A stretch of DNA of 64,000 bases, taken from Candidatus Odyssella sp. (GTDB taxonomy: Bacteria > Pseudomonadota > Alphaproteobacteria > Bin65). The position numbers and the translations under genes were made by a program. The stretch lies in contig JAEULD010000051.1 of the NCBI GenBank assembly GCA_016792765.1, positions 1,774 through 65,773 on the forward strand, read 5' to 3'. This document shows, in pieces, positions 1-10,894 of the stretch (positions are counted from its first letter, which is position 1; the number at the start of each line of letters is the position of its first letter). The notes under the pieces were generated by a model that worked only from the letters and a program-made list of their open reading frames with translations, did no database searches and was not told the origin of the DNA.

Positions 1-1
1 G

Positions 2-460
2 GTGAGCCTCGGCGTCATCGCGCTCTACCCGGTCTACGTGCTGAGCGCGCCGGACCCCGTGAACTGGCAGTGGGCGCTGGTGATGGCCGGCGTCTTCTTC
101 GCCGTCGGCTTCGTGATGTGGCTGACCCGCACGATGGGGGCCGGCGACGCGAAGCTGCTGCCGGCAGTCGTGCTCTGGGTCGGCGGCAAGGAGTTCGCGA
201 CGTTCATCGTCGTCCTGATCGCCGGCTCGCTGGCGCTGGCGCTCGTGATCGGCGTTCGCACCGCGCTCGCCCAGATGCGCGCGAGCGAGAAAGAGGCCGG
301 CGGCGCGGCGGTCGCCGTGTCGGGTTTCGCACGCTTCGCGCGCCTCGTCGGCGAGCTGCGCCACGTGCCGTTCCTGAAGATCCAGGTCCCCTACGGTGTC
401 GCGATTGCCGCAGGGGGCATCAGCGTCGCGGTTAACACGATGTTCACTACGCTTCGATAG
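2..460 (+). CDS. cpaA: A24-family prepilin (Flp) peptidase CpaA; N-terminus may lie outside the window
   Basis: Polytopic hydrophobic ORF with the GAGDAKLL aspartyl-peptidase motif. It is the first gene of a cpaA-B-C-D-E-F-tadB-tadC string. Confidence 0.8.
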   Translation: MSLGVIALYPVYVLSAPDPVNWQWALVMAGVFFAVGFVMWLTRTMGAGDAKLLPAVVLWVGGKEFATFIVVLIAGSLALALVIGVRTALAQMRASEKEAGGAAVAVSGFARFARLVGELRHVPFLKIQVPYGVAIAAGGISVAVNTMFTTLR

Positions 461-492
461 CGTCCAACGAGTTCGCGAAGAAAGGCTGCGTC

Positions 493-1479
493 ATGCGCAA
501 GGGTTTTCTGATTTTCGCCGTCATTGCCTTCGCCCTCACCGGCGGGACGATCTATTTCGTCAACACCTGGATGAAGGCCGAACGCTCGCGCCTCGCGGCC
601 GCCCAGCAGAAGAAGGTCGAGGAGCCGCGCGAGTCCGGCGTGTTCGTGCTCGTCGCGGCCAAGGATCTACCGGCCGGGCACATCATCACGGTCTCCGACC
701 TCCGCTGGCAATCGTGGCCCGACAAGTCGGTGCCGCAGCAATATGTCGTCAAGAAGGACGCGGCCAGCACGGACATCCCGGCGAGCTATGTCGGCACGGT
801 CGTGCGGCGCGGCATCGTCGCCAGCGGCCCGATCACCGGCGACAACCTGATCAAGCTCGGCGACCGCGGGTTCCTGGCCGCGGTTCTGAAGCCCGGCCAC
901 CGCGCGATCGCGGTGCGCATCGACGAATCGACCGGCGTTGCCGGCCTCATCTATCCCGGCGACCGCGTCGACGTGATCCTCACCCACGAGGTCGGCGTGA
1001 AGAAGGAAGGCGAGCGCGACAGCGAGAACCGCGTCCGCGTGAGCGAGACCATTCTCTCGAACGTGCGCGTGATCGCGATCGATCAGTCGCTCGAGGATCT
1101 CAAGGCCCAGAAGGGCGTCGCGGCGCGCTCCCCCAAGACGGCGACGCTCGAGGTGACGCCGCAGCAGGCGGAGATCATCACCGTCGCGACGCGCATGGGC
1201 ACTCTCACGCTGACGCTGCAGAGCCTGGCCTGCGCCGGCGGCGAGGCGCAGAGCGCCAGCACCGGCGACGCGCCCAACTGCGCCGACGCGCAGAGCGCGA
1301 TGCCCGAAGAGCCGGCGCGCGGCAAGACCTTCACCGCCGACCACGACGTGAGCCGCATGCGCCGGCGCGAGAACGCGGACACCACCGAGGTGTACGTGCT
1401 GCGCGGCAGCGAGAAAGACAGCCAGAAGGACAACAGCGTGACCGTCAAGTTGCCGCCCGGCAGCAAGGTCCAGCAGTAA
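493..1479 (+). CDS. cpaB: Flp pilus assembly protein CpaB (RcpC-like)
   Basis: 328 aa with an N-terminal TM helix (FLIFAVIAFALTGGTIYFV) followed by a SAF/RcpC-like region. It occupies the canonical position between cpaA and the secretin. Confidence 0.9.
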   Translation: MRKGFLIFAVIAFALTGGTIYFVNTWMKAERSRLAAAQQKKVEEPRESGVFVLVAAKDLPAGHIITVSDLRWQSWPDKSVPQQYVVKKDAASTDIPASYVGTVVRRGIVASGPITGDNLIKLGDRGFLAAVLKPGHRAIAVRIDESTGVAGLIYPGDRVDVILTHEVGVKKEGERDSENRVRVSETILSNVRVIAIDQSLEDLKAQKGVAARSPKTATLEVTPQQAEIITVATRMGTLTLTLQSLACAGGEAQSASTGDAPNCADAQSAMPEEPARGKTFTADHDVSRMRRRENADTTEVYVLRGSEKDSQKDNSVTVKLPPGSKVQQ

Positions 1480-1500
1480 CCGGAACGAGGGAGCGGGGAG

Positions 1501-2970
1501 ATGAACAACGAATTCGCGACCTACCGCCGGACCCATGCGCACCACCGCGCGCGGGTGACGACGGTTCTGCTGCTCGTGCTGATGACGGCGCTGGCCGTCT
1601 TCCTCGCCGCGGCGCCGGCCGCCGCGCAGGAAGATGCCGCGCGCCGCGTCATCGCGATCGAGGCGAGCAAGGGCCGCATGATCCGGCTCGACGTTCCGGT
1701 CAAGACCGTGTTCGTCGCCAATCCGGAGATCGCCGACGTTCAGATCAAGTCGCCGATGGTGATGTACGTCACCGGCAAGAAGCCGGGCGAGACGACGCTC
1801 ATCGCCGTCGACGAGAAAGACCGCGTGCTGGTGAACATCAGCCTCACGGTCAACCACAACCTCTCCCGCCTGAAGCGCACGATCGACGCGGTGCTGCCGG
1901 GGAACCGGATCCAGGTCCGTTCGGTCGACGGCGCCGTGGTGCTGATGGGCGAGGCGAACTCGCCGATCGAGGCCTCGCAGGCCGGCGACATCGCGCTGCG
2001 CTTCGTCGCGCGCAAGGAAGAGATCGTCAACAGCATCTCGGTGAAGGGGCCGAATATCGTCAACCTGCGCGTCCGCATCGTCGAGATGCAGCGCCAGGTC
2101 ACGCGCCAGATCGGCATCAACTGGGACGCGGTGGTCCAGACCGGCCTCTTCACCTTCGGCCTGGCGACCGGCGCGACGCCGCTCTTCAACGCCGCGTCGC
2201 GGATCGGCGCGGTCGGCACGTCGCCGGTGACGGGGCAGATCTTCAATACCCGCCGGCAGCTCCAGAACAGCACCGTCAACGGCGCCTACGGCCGCATCGC
2301 CAGCGGCGCGCTCGATCTGACCGCGATGGTCGACCTGCTCGAACAGGACGGGCTCGTGAAGACGCTGGCCCAGCCGAACCTCTCGGCGATGTCGGGCAAG
2401 TCGGCGCACTTCCTCGCCGGCGGCGAGTTCCCGATCCCGATCCCGCAGAGCGACGGCGTCGTCACGATCGAGTTCAAGAAGTTCGGCGTCAGCCTCTCGT
2501 TCACGCCGACGATCCTCACCGGCAACCGCATCAACCTGCGCGTCGCCCCGGAGGTGAGCCAGCTCTCGAACAACGGCGCGATCCAGCTCCAGAACTTCCA
2601 GATCCCGGCGCTCATCACGCGCCGCGCCGAGACCATGGTCGAGGCCGCGAGCGGGCAGAGCATCGTGATCGCCGGACTGCTGATGAACAACGTCGTGCGC
2701 GACATCAACAAGGTGCCGTGGCTCTCCGACGTCCCGGTGCTCGGCAAGCTGTTCACGTCCGAGAACTTCCAGCGCCAGGAGACCGAGCTCGTGATCATCG
2801 TCACGCCCTACATCGTCGGCGCCGTGCGCGAAGAGCCGGGTGCCAGGCTCGCCCAGCCAGAGGCGGCGGCTCCGGGCGAGCCCGGCCCGTCGGCAGCGGC
2901 ACCGGGCGCGCCCACGCCGGCGCGCGCGCCGGGCAAGCTGGTCGGCCCGGGCGGCTTCCAGCTCGACTGA
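1501..2970 (+). CDS. cpaC: Tad pilus secretin CpaC/RcpA
   Basis: 489 aa with a signal peptide and a secretin C-domain signature (VPWLSDVPVLGKLFTSENFQRQETELVIIVTPYIV). Confidence 0.93.
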   Translation: MNNEFATYRRTHAHHRARVTTVLLLVLMTALAVFLAAAPAAAQEDAARRVIAIEASKGRMIRLDVPVKTVFVANPEIADVQIKSPMVMYVTGKKPGETTLIAVDEKDRVLVNISLTVNHNLSRLKRTIDAVLPGNRIQVRSVDGAVVLMGEANSPIEASQAGDIALRFVARKEEIVNSISVKGPNIVNLRVRIVEMQRQVTRQIGINWDAVVQTGLFTFGLATGATPLFNAASRIGAVGTSPVTGQIFNTRRQLQNSTVNGAYGRIASGALDLTAMVDLLEQDGLVKTLAQPNLSAMSGKSAHFLAGGEFPIPIPQSDGVVTIEFKKFGVSLSFTPTILTGNRINLRVAPEVSQLSNNGAIQLQNFQIPALITRRAETMVEAASGQSIVIAGLLMNNVVRDINKVPWLSDVPVLGKLFTSENFQRQETELVIIVTPYIVGAVREEPGARLAQPEAAAPGEPGPSAAAPGAPTPARAPGKLVGPGGFQLD

Positions 2971-2985
2971 GACGGCCCGGAAAAA

Positions 2986-3738
2986 ATGCGCAAGGGGAAA
3001 GAGGCAGTCATGAACGCGAACAGCAAATCGATCGGGACGTCGCGGCGGGCCATCGGCCGGACGGCGCTGCTGGCCGGCGTGCTCGCGCTCGCCGCGGGGT
3101 GCGAGAGCGTGGACCGCGCCGAGCGCTGGGTCGAGGACAAGTGGATCGTCAAGGACCATCAGCTGCCGAAGCAGCAGACCGACATCGCCGTGCGCCAGGC
3201 GCAGACCAGCGCCACGGTCGCCTTCGCGCCGCGCAGCGCCGCGCTCTCGCGCGATCAGCGCGACCTGCTCGCGCGCTTCGTCGCCGGCAGCGGCGCCGGG
3301 CGCGGAGACAATGCCCAGATCGCGGTCTCGCCGGCCGCGGGCCGCGCCCTGGCCGATCGCCGCGCGCAGTCGATCGCCGCCTATCTTCGCGCCCGCGGCA
3401 TCCATGTCGCCCGCGGCTATGGGCCGGGCGATCCGGATGCGGCCCTCGTCACGATCTCGCGCCTCGTCGCGGTGCCGCCGAGCTGTCCGCAATGGGACAA
3501 CCTGATGAAGCGGCGCACCGTCGACGAGTATCGCCCGCAGTTCGGGTGCCTCGACGCGGCGAGCCTCGCCACCTCGGTTCATCGTCCGCACGATCTCGTG
3601 CAGGGCCGCCCGACCGGCCCGTCCGACGGACCGACGCTCGACAAGGGCCTCCAGAATCTGCGCGAAGGAAAATACGACCCGCCGGTTACGCCGGTCAGCA
3701 CCGGCAGCCCGCAGTCGCCGACCTCGGGCACCAAGTAA
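2986..3738 (+). CDS. cpaD: pilus assembly lipoprotein CpaD
   Basis: 250 aa with a lipobox LAAGC after a signal sequence. It is positioned between the secretin and cpaE as in Caulobacter/Agrobacterium loci. The start could be ATG 3010. Confidence 0.75.
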   Translation: MRKGKEAVMNANSKSIGTSRRAIGRTALLAGVLALAAGCESVDRAERWVEDKWIVKDHQLPKQQTDIAVRQAQTSATVAFAPRSAALSRDQRDLLARFVAGSGAGRGDNAQIAVSPAAGRALADRRAQSIAAYLRARGIHVARGYGPGDPDAALVTISRLVAVPPSCPQWDNLMKRRTVDEYRPQFGCLDAASLATSVHRPHDLVQGRPTGPSDGPTLDKGLQNLREGKYDPPVTPVSTGSPQSPTSGTK

Positions 3739-3750
3739 GGGATAACGACC

Positions 3751-5787
3751 GTGGAACTGCTCGCTCCCGCATCGCGGCGCGCTGCCGCCGAGTCTCCGCC
3801 GATCGAGCCTCTGGCCTATCCGGTCGACGGGATTGCCTTCGTCAACGATCCCGCGACGGCGGGCGTCCTCGCGGCGCTGTTCGGCGCCACGGGGCAGGGG
3901 CGCGTGCAGTTCGGCGGCCTCGCGGCGGCGATCCAGGTGCTTCAGTCCGCGCCTTGCCCGCAGCTGCTCATCGTCGACATCTCGGGCGTCGGCGACCCGC
4001 TCGGCCATCTCGACCGCCTCGCCGACGTGTGCCCCGAGGGCACGGCCGTCGTGCTGGTGGGCGGGCCGCAGGAGGCCGCGCTCGAGCCGGAGCTGCGCGC
4101 CATGGGCATCGTCCACTTCCTCGCGAAGCCGTTCGATCCGGAGCGCATGCGCGCCTCGATCCTGGAATCGGTCGGCGATTTCCACTCGCAGTTCTCGGAT
4201 GCCGGCGCTCATGCCTACGCGCCGGCCGCGCCGACGCCGATCAGCGCCGCGCCTGCCGCCACGGAATTCGCAGCGCATGGCGCGGACCATGTTGCGGAAC
4301 AGAGCGCCGCGCTCCCGCCGAGCGCGGACCCCTTCTCGCGCCGGGCCGCTCCGGCGCCCGGCGCCGACGTGTTCCAGGCGCCGGCCGCCGCGCCGTCGCC
4401 GTTCTCGCCCTCGGAAATGCGCACGGCGACCATCACGGCGCAGGTCCCGGTCTCGGATCCGTTCTCGGGTCCGCCGCAGCCCGGCCCCGGCATTCCGCCG
4501 CCGGCCACGGCGCAGATGGCCGCGCTCGCCATGCCGTCGGCCCATCCGGGCGGCGCCCAGACGTCGGCCTTCCCCCTGGCCGGCGAGATCGAGCCGCTGC
4601 AGCGCCCGGTCGACCTCGTCGCCTTCCTGACCGAGGCGCAGAGCGCGTCGCTCGTCGCCGGCATCATCGGCCCGAACGGTGCGGCGGGCCGCGTCCAACC
4701 CGGCGGCATCAACGCCGCGATCGCGTTTCTCAAGGACAACGCCTCGCCGAAGATCCTGCTGGTCGATATTTCCGGCGTTCCCGAGCCGATGGCCCGCGTC
4801 GACGCGCTGGCCGAAGTCTGCGCCCCGGGAACGATGGTGATCGCGACCGGCGTCGCCAATGACGTCGCGCTGTACCGCGATCTCAAGAACTCCGGCATCT
4901 ACGAGTATCTGGTCAAGCCGATCCAGCCCGAGATTCTCAAGGGCGTGGTGCTCGAGGCCGCCTCTGGCGGCGCCAAGGCCGAGCCCGATTCGGCCAAGCC
5001 GGTGCTCATGGTCGTGGGGACCCGCGGCGGCGTCGGCGCCAGCACGGTGGCGATCAACGTCGCCGGCACGCTCGCGCGCCAGGGAAAGAAGACGATCCTG
5101 CTCGACCTCGACCTGCAGTTCGGCAGCATCGCGCTCACGCTCGACATCGACCCCGGCCACGGCCTGCGCGAGGCGCTCGACCGCCCCGAGCGCGTCGACA
5201 GCATGTTCCTCAACAGCTCCGCCGTTAAGGTTGGCGAGAACCTCTACGTGCTGGCGGCCGAAGAGGGGGTCAACGAGAGCGTGGCCGTGAGCGGCGAGCC
5301 GCTGGCCACGCTGCTGCGCGAGCTGCAGCGCCACTTCGACGCGATCGTCGTCGATCTTCCGCGCCACGTCGCCGTGGCCAATTGGGAGGCGATCGCGCAC
5401 GCCCACGCGCTGATGATCGTGGCCGATCTCTCGCTGGTCGGCATCCGCGACACGACGCGGTTCCTCACCGCGGCGAAAGACGTCGTCGATCCGGCGAAGG
5501 TGAAGCTGATGATCAGCAACGTCGGCGGCGACCGCGGCGCCAAGATCGATCGCAAGGAATTCGAGACGGCGCTGAGCCGGAAGGCCGACTTCGTGCTGCC
5601 CGAAGATTCGAAGTCGCTCTCCGCCGCCAATCGCGCGGGCCGCACCGTCGTCGACGTCGCGGCCGGTTCCAAGATCGCGGCGGCGCTGCGCGAAATCTGC
5701 CTCGACCTCGTCGGGGAGCCGGAGGGCGAGGCCGAGGCGGCCGCGCCGAAGAAGCGCGGCTTCACACTATTCCGGCGCAAGAAATAG
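3751..5787 (+). CDS. cpaE: pilus assembly ATPase-like protein CpaE/TadZ (long form with two receiver-like domains)
   Basis: 678 aa from a GTG start. The C-terminal MinD/ParA fold has a deviant Walker A (VVGTRGGVGASTVAINVAG). Two homologous N-terminal receiver-like modules are separated by a Pro/Ala-rich linker. Confidence 0.85.
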   Translation: MELLAPASRRAAAESPPIEPLAYPVDGIAFVNDPATAGVLAALFGATGQGRVQFGGLAAAIQVLQSAPCPQLLIVDISGVGDPLGHLDRLADVCPEGTAVVLVGGPQEAALEPELRAMGIVHFLAKPFDPERMRASILESVGDFHSQFSDAGAHAYAPAAPTPISAAPAATEFAAHGADHVAEQSAALPPSADPFSRRAAPAPGADVFQAPAAAPSPFSPSEMRTATITAQVPVSDPFSGPPQPGPGIPPPATAQMAALAMPSAHPGGAQTSAFPLAGEIEPLQRPVDLVAFLTEAQSASLVAGIIGPNGAAGRVQPGGINAAIAFLKDNASPKILLVDISGVPEPMARVDALAEVCAPGTMVIATGVANDVALYRDLKNSGIYEYLVKPIQPEILKGVVLEAASGGAKAEPDSAKPVLMVVGTRGGVGASTVAINVAGTLARQGKKTILLDLDLQFGSIALTLDIDPGHGLREALDRPERVDSMFLNSSAVKVGENLYVLAAEEGVNESVAVSGEPLATLLRELQRHFDAIVVDLPRHVAVANWEAIAHAHALMIVADLSLVGIRDTTRFLTAAKDVVDPAKVKLMISNVGGDRGAKIDRKEFETALSRKADFVLPEDSKSLSAANRAGRTVVDVAAGSKIAAALREICLDLVGEPEGEAEAAAPKKRGFTLFRRKK

Positions 5788-5807
5788 GCAGGAAGGCGGA
5801 TCAGGCG

Positions 5808-7373
<1,566 letters not shown>

Positions 7374-7386
7374 AGGACGCACGACG

Positions 7387-8397
7387 ATGACGGAATGGCT
7401 CCTGGATCTCGATCCCGATACGCTCAACCTGCTGATGGTGGGCGGGTTCGTCCTGCTCATGGGCGTCGGGCTGGTGTGGTTCCTGATGACGCGCGGCGAG
7501 CGCGACATGAAGGATCGGCTGTCGCGGGTCGCCAAGCAGCAGCGGCCGGGCGAGCGCCGCCCCCGCGGCAATCCCGCGGCCGTCAGCCTGCGCAAGACCG
7601 ACAGCTCGATCACGCAGCTCGACAAGGCGATCAAGCAGCTCCTGCCCAATCCGGCCAAGATGCGCATGCGCCTCCTGCGCACCGGCCAGGAGATTTCGCT
7701 CGGCGTCTACGTGCTGTTCAGCCTCGTCGCGGCCGGTCTCGGCATGATCGTGATGCAGAACGTCGTCGGCCTCGCGCTCGGCCCGTCGCTGCTGATCGGG
7801 CTGCTGTCGGGCGTGGCGCTGCCGCATCTCTTCGTCGGCTTCCTGATCAAGCGCCGCAAGAAGAAGTTCCTCGCGAACTTCCCCGACGCGATCGACGTGC
7901 TGGTGCGCGGCCTCAAGGCCGGCCTGCCGGGCGCCGAATCGATGCGCATCGTCGGCCAGGAGATGGCCGGCCCGGTCTCGCAGGAATTCACGCGCATCAC
8001 CGACGGCCTCAAGATGGGCGGCGAGTTCGACGACATTCTGTGGGCCGCGGCCAATCGCATCGACCTGCCGGAGTTCAACTTCTTCGTCATCACGCTCACC
8101 ATCCAGCGCGAAACGGGCGGCAACCTCGGCGAGACGCTCGAGAACCTTTGCGACATGCTGCGCAAGCGGCGCCAGGTGAAGCTCAAGGTCAAGGCGCTGT
8201 CGTCGGAGGCCAAGGCCAGCGCCATGATCATCGGCTCGCTGCCATTCGCCCTATTCGGCATCCTCTACCTGCTCAATCAGGAATACGTGATGACGCTGTT
8301 CACGCACCGAAACGGCCCCATTCTCGTCGGGATCGGCTTCGGCATGCTCGCCACCGGCGTTGGGGTGATGGCGAAAATGGTCCGGTTCGAGATTTGA
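7387..8397 (+). CDS. tadB: type II secretion F-family inner membrane protein TadB
   Basis: 336 aa polytopic protein with a T2SS-F domain, immediately after cpaF. Confidence 0.9.
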   Translation: MTEWLLDLDPDTLNLLMVGGFVLLMGVGLVWFLMTRGERDMKDRLSRVAKQQRPGERRPRGNPAAVSLRKTDSSITQLDKAIKQLLPNPAKMRMRLLRTGQEISLGVYVLFSLVAAGLGMIVMQNVVGLALGPSLLIGLLSGVALPHLFVGFLIKRRKKKFLANFPDAIDVLVRGLKAGLPGAESMRIVGQEMAGPVSQEFTRITDGLKMGGEFDDILWAAANRIDLPEFNFFVITLTIQRETGGNLGETLENLCDMLRKRRQVKLKVKALSSEAKASAMIIGSLPFALFGILYLLNQEYVMTLFTHRNGPILVGIGFGMLATGVGVMAKMVRFEI

Positions 8398-8400
8398 GCC

Positions 8401-9369
8401 ATGTTTGAAGGTGTCTCCATCGACCTGATCGTCACGTTCATGGCCGGCGCCGCGGCGCTGGCGATGGCCTACGCGCTGTGGCGCGGCTTCGTCTACAAAG
8501 ACCCCTACGAGGCGCGCCTGAAGGCGATGGCGGACCGCCGCGCCACCTACAAGGCGGCGGCGCTCGGCGTCGGCGGCAAGCCGGGCAATCAGCCGGTCAA
8601 GGGCGTGCTGCGCAATCTGGCCAAGAAGGTCGGCTCCAAGAAGGCCAACGAGAAGAAGAAGGACGGCGTCAGCCTGCGCACGTTCCTGGCGCGCGCCGGC
8701 ATACGGCACAAGGATGCGCCGGAGTATTTCCTCCTCGCGCAGATCGCGTTCCCGTTCATTTTCGGCGGCGTGACGGCGCTCTACATCCTGCTGCTGGCCA
8801 AGCTCAGCCTGTCGCCGATGATGTCGCTGCTCATCTGCGCGGGCGGGTCGGCGATCGGCTACTTCGCGCCCCGCCTCTGGGTCCAGAACCGCATCACGAA
8901 GCGAAAGAAGGCGCTGCGCCGTTCGCTGCCCGACGCGCTCGACCTGCTGGTCGTGTGCGCCGAGGCGGGCCTCGCGCTCAACGCCGCGCTCGATCGCGTT
9001 GTGCGCGAGATGACGCGCTCCTCGGCGGAGATCGCCGACGAGCTGGGCCTGCTGCTCATCGAGCTCAACTTCCTCGACGAGCGCCGCAAGGCCTTCACCA
9101 ACCTCTGCGACCGCACCGACCTCGACGAATTCCGCTCGATCGCGAACACGCTGCAGCAGGCCGAGAAATACGGCACGCCGCTCGCCCAGGCGCTGCGCGT
9201 CCTCGGCGCCGACTTCCGCCAGGAGCGGCTGACGAAGGCCGAGGAAAAGGCGGCGCGCCTGCCGGCGATCCTCACCGTGCCGATGATCATCTTCATCCTG
9301 CCCACGCTGTTCATCGTCATCATCGGCCCGGCGATTTTGAAAACGCTCGACTCGCTGAGCAAGATGTAG
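8401..9369 (+). CDS. tadC: type II secretion F-family inner membrane protein TadC
   Basis: 322 aa T2SS-F domain paralog of tadB, separated from it by a 3-nt gap. Confidence 0.9.
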   Translation: MFEGVSIDLIVTFMAGAAALAMAYALWRGFVYKDPYEARLKAMADRRATYKAAALGVGGKPGNQPVKGVLRNLAKKVGSKKANEKKKDGVSLRTFLARAGIRHKDAPEYFLLAQIAFPFIFGGVTALYILLLAKLSLSPMMSLLICAGGSAIGYFAPRLWVQNRITKRKKALRRSLPDALDLLVVCAEAGLALNAALDRVVREMTRSSAEIADELGLLLIELNFLDERRKAFTNLCDRTDLDEFRSIANTLQQAEKYGTPLAQALRVLGADFRQERLTKAEEKAARLPAILTVPMIIFILPTLFIVIIGPAILKTLDSLSKM

Positions 9370-9396
9370 CGCCGGCGGCGCACGCAACGTCCGCGC

Positions 9397-9433
9397 AAAG
9401 GGCGGGTCCTGCGGGGCCCGCCTTTCGCGTTTC
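9397..9433 (+). terminator. possible intrinsic terminator after tadC
   Basis: Imperfect GC hairpin AAAGGGCGGG-TCCTGCGGGG-CCCGCCTTT followed by CGCGTTTCGG. The U-tract is weak. Confidence 0.35.
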
Positions 9434-9546
9434 GGGGCGGCGCGCGGCGCGCGATTAAGGTGATCGGCAATCTTCCCGTTTCACGCTTTCTTAAGCCCGC
9501 ACCGCTACGGTTGCGGCCGGGGAAAACGCCCGCAGCGGGGACTGCC

Positions 9547-10659
9547 ATGCGAATCGATGCACGCTTCACGAAGATCGCGCCGGCCGTGCTTTGCGCGCTC
9601 GCGCTGGCCGCGTGCGGCAAGAGCAATCAGCAGACCTACGTCATTCCGGAAGAGGCCTCGAAGATCGACGTGAAGAAGATCGACGCGGGCGCCACCGCGC
9701 TGCGCCTCGCCGACGCCGCCTACGCGAAGGGCGACCACGCGATGGCCGCGCAGCTCTATTTCCGCGCCGCCGAACTGCAGCCCGAGAACGGCGCCGTGGC
9801 GGTGAAGCTCGGCTTCGCGCTGCTCAAGACGGGCGGCGCCGCCGATGCCGAGAAGATCTTCCGCGCCGCGCTCCAGGCCGAGGCCAAGAACGCCGACGCC
9901 ATGCGCGGCCTCGCGCACAGCCTCGTCGTGCAGGGCCGCGCGGCCGCCGCCGTGCCGTTCTACCGCCAGGCGATCGCCGCGGCGGGGCAGCCCGACGCGC
10001 GCATCTATGCCGGGCTGGGCGCCGCGCTCGACATGACCGGCAAGCACGAAGAGGCGCGGCTCGCCTACGCCGCCGGCCTCAAGATCGCGCCCGACGATTT
10101 CGGGCTCAAGAACAACCTCGCGCTTTCCTATGCCATGTCGGGCGACACGGCGAAGGCGCGTAACGTTCTCTCCGACCTGTCCGACGACGCGGCCGCGCCG
10201 AAGAGGCGCGAATCGCTCGCGGCCCTCAAGGCCACGGTGGCCAAGTCGGCTCCGGCCGCTCCGGCGCCGAGGCGCCAGCTGGCCGCGGCCCCGGCGGCGA
10301 AGGCTGCCGAGCCCGCGCCGGCCAAGCCCGCGGCTCGGGCGCCCGTGGCGGCCACTCCGGCGGGGACCGACGACGTCGTCGAGGTGAAGCGGCCGGCGAG
10401 CCAGCCGCGCGTCATCCAGAAAGCCGGCGCCGACCTGCCCGGCGCCGACACCGCCGACGGCGAGATCTTCATCCGCACCGGCCGCACGCCGGCCGCGCAG
10501 GCCGCGGCACCCGCCACGCCCGCAGCGCCGGCCATGTCGTTCAAGGGCACGGCCGACACGCCCGAAGAAGAGGCCGCCGAGGTGCTCGCGCTGCTCGAGC
10601 AGGCCGAGCGCGGCCCGCGCTTCGTCTGGCAGATGGCGCGCCGCCCCGACGCGAGCTGA
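9547..10659 (+). CDS. TPR-repeat lipoprotein (TadD-like) with a long Ala/Pro-rich C-terminal tail
   Basis: ATG 9547 gives MRIDARFTKIAPAVLCALALAACGK (lipobox LAAC). TPR-like repeats fill the first ~200 aa and the rest is low-complexity A/P-rich. It follows tadC. Confidence 0.75.
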   Translation: MRIDARFTKIAPAVLCALALAACGKSNQQTYVIPEEASKIDVKKIDAGATALRLADAAYAKGDHAMAAQLYFRAAELQPENGAVAVKLGFALLKTGGAADAEKIFRAALQAEAKNADAMRGLAHSLVVQGRAAAAVPFYRQAIAAAGQPDARIYAGLGAALDMTGKHEEARLAYAAGLKIAPDDFGLKNNLALSYAMSGDTAKARNVLSDLSDDAAAPKRRESLAALKATVAKSAPAAPAPRRQLAAAPAAKAAEPAPAKPAARAPVAATPAGTDDVVEVKRPASQPRVIQKAGADLPGADTADGEIFIRTGRTPAAQAAAPATPAAPAMSFKGTADTPEEEAAEVLALLEQAERGPRFVWQMARRPDAS

Positions 10660-10684
10660 ACCGACTGCCCTTTCGCCTGTCGCA

Positions 10685-10723
10685 GCGCCGCATCCTCGCG
10701 CGAGGATGCGGCGCCCGGCGTTT
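10685..10723 (+). terminator. intrinsic terminator-like hairpin after the TPR gene
   Basis: Perfect 14-bp inverted repeat GCGCCGCATCCTCG-CG-CGAGGATGCGGCGC (10685-10714) followed by CCGGCGTTTG. Confidence 0.5.
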
Positions 10724-10738
10724 GTGGGCAAAAAAAAT

Positions 10739-10766
10739 TTGACTCGCCGCGCGATCGGTCTATATG
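10739..10766 (+). promoter_or_regulatory. sigma70-like promoter candidate for the ornithine decarboxylase gene
   Basis: TTGACT (10739-10744), a 16-nt spacer, then TATATG (10761-10766; the overlapping CTATAT at 10760-10765 gives a 15-nt spacer). It lies ~130 nt upstream of the ATG. Confidence 0.35.
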
Positions 10767-10894
10767 GGTCGATCACCGCAGACCAACCTAACCGCACACG
10801 CTAACGGCGGGCACACCGCGCGGACAACAACGGGACCGAAGGCGAGCGGCGTACGTATTACGCCACAGCGGGTCTATCAGAGGGTCTGTACGAA
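10767..10894 (+). ncRNA. ~130-nt 5' leader of ornithine decarboxylase; possible speF-type cis-regulatory RNA
   Basis: Long untranslated leader between the promoter-like element and ATG 10895. A conserved speF leader motif is known upstream of alphaproteobacterial ornithine decarboxylase genes. I could not verify the consensus by eye. Confidence 0.3.

Noticed and set aside
4180-4590. Pro/Ala-rich segments considered as DNA-level tandem repeats: the CpaE linker, plus the CpaF N-terminus (5808-6100), the TPR tail (10150-10560), the SspB linker and the secreted protein at 32607-33194.
   Set aside because: They are compositional low complexity at the protein level (GCC/GCG/CCG codon runs). I could find no periodic nucleotide repeat unit.
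396-5406. Giant ORFs in the supplied track (396..4862 +, 1488 aa; 667..5406 -, 1579 aa) overlapping the cpa genes.
   Set aside because: Their translations are monotonous Arg/Ala/Gly/Pro/Asp strings without motifs. They lie in alternative frames or antisense to ORFs with clear family signatures (CpaB, C, D, E). This is the typical stop-codon-poor artefact of very GC-rich DNA.
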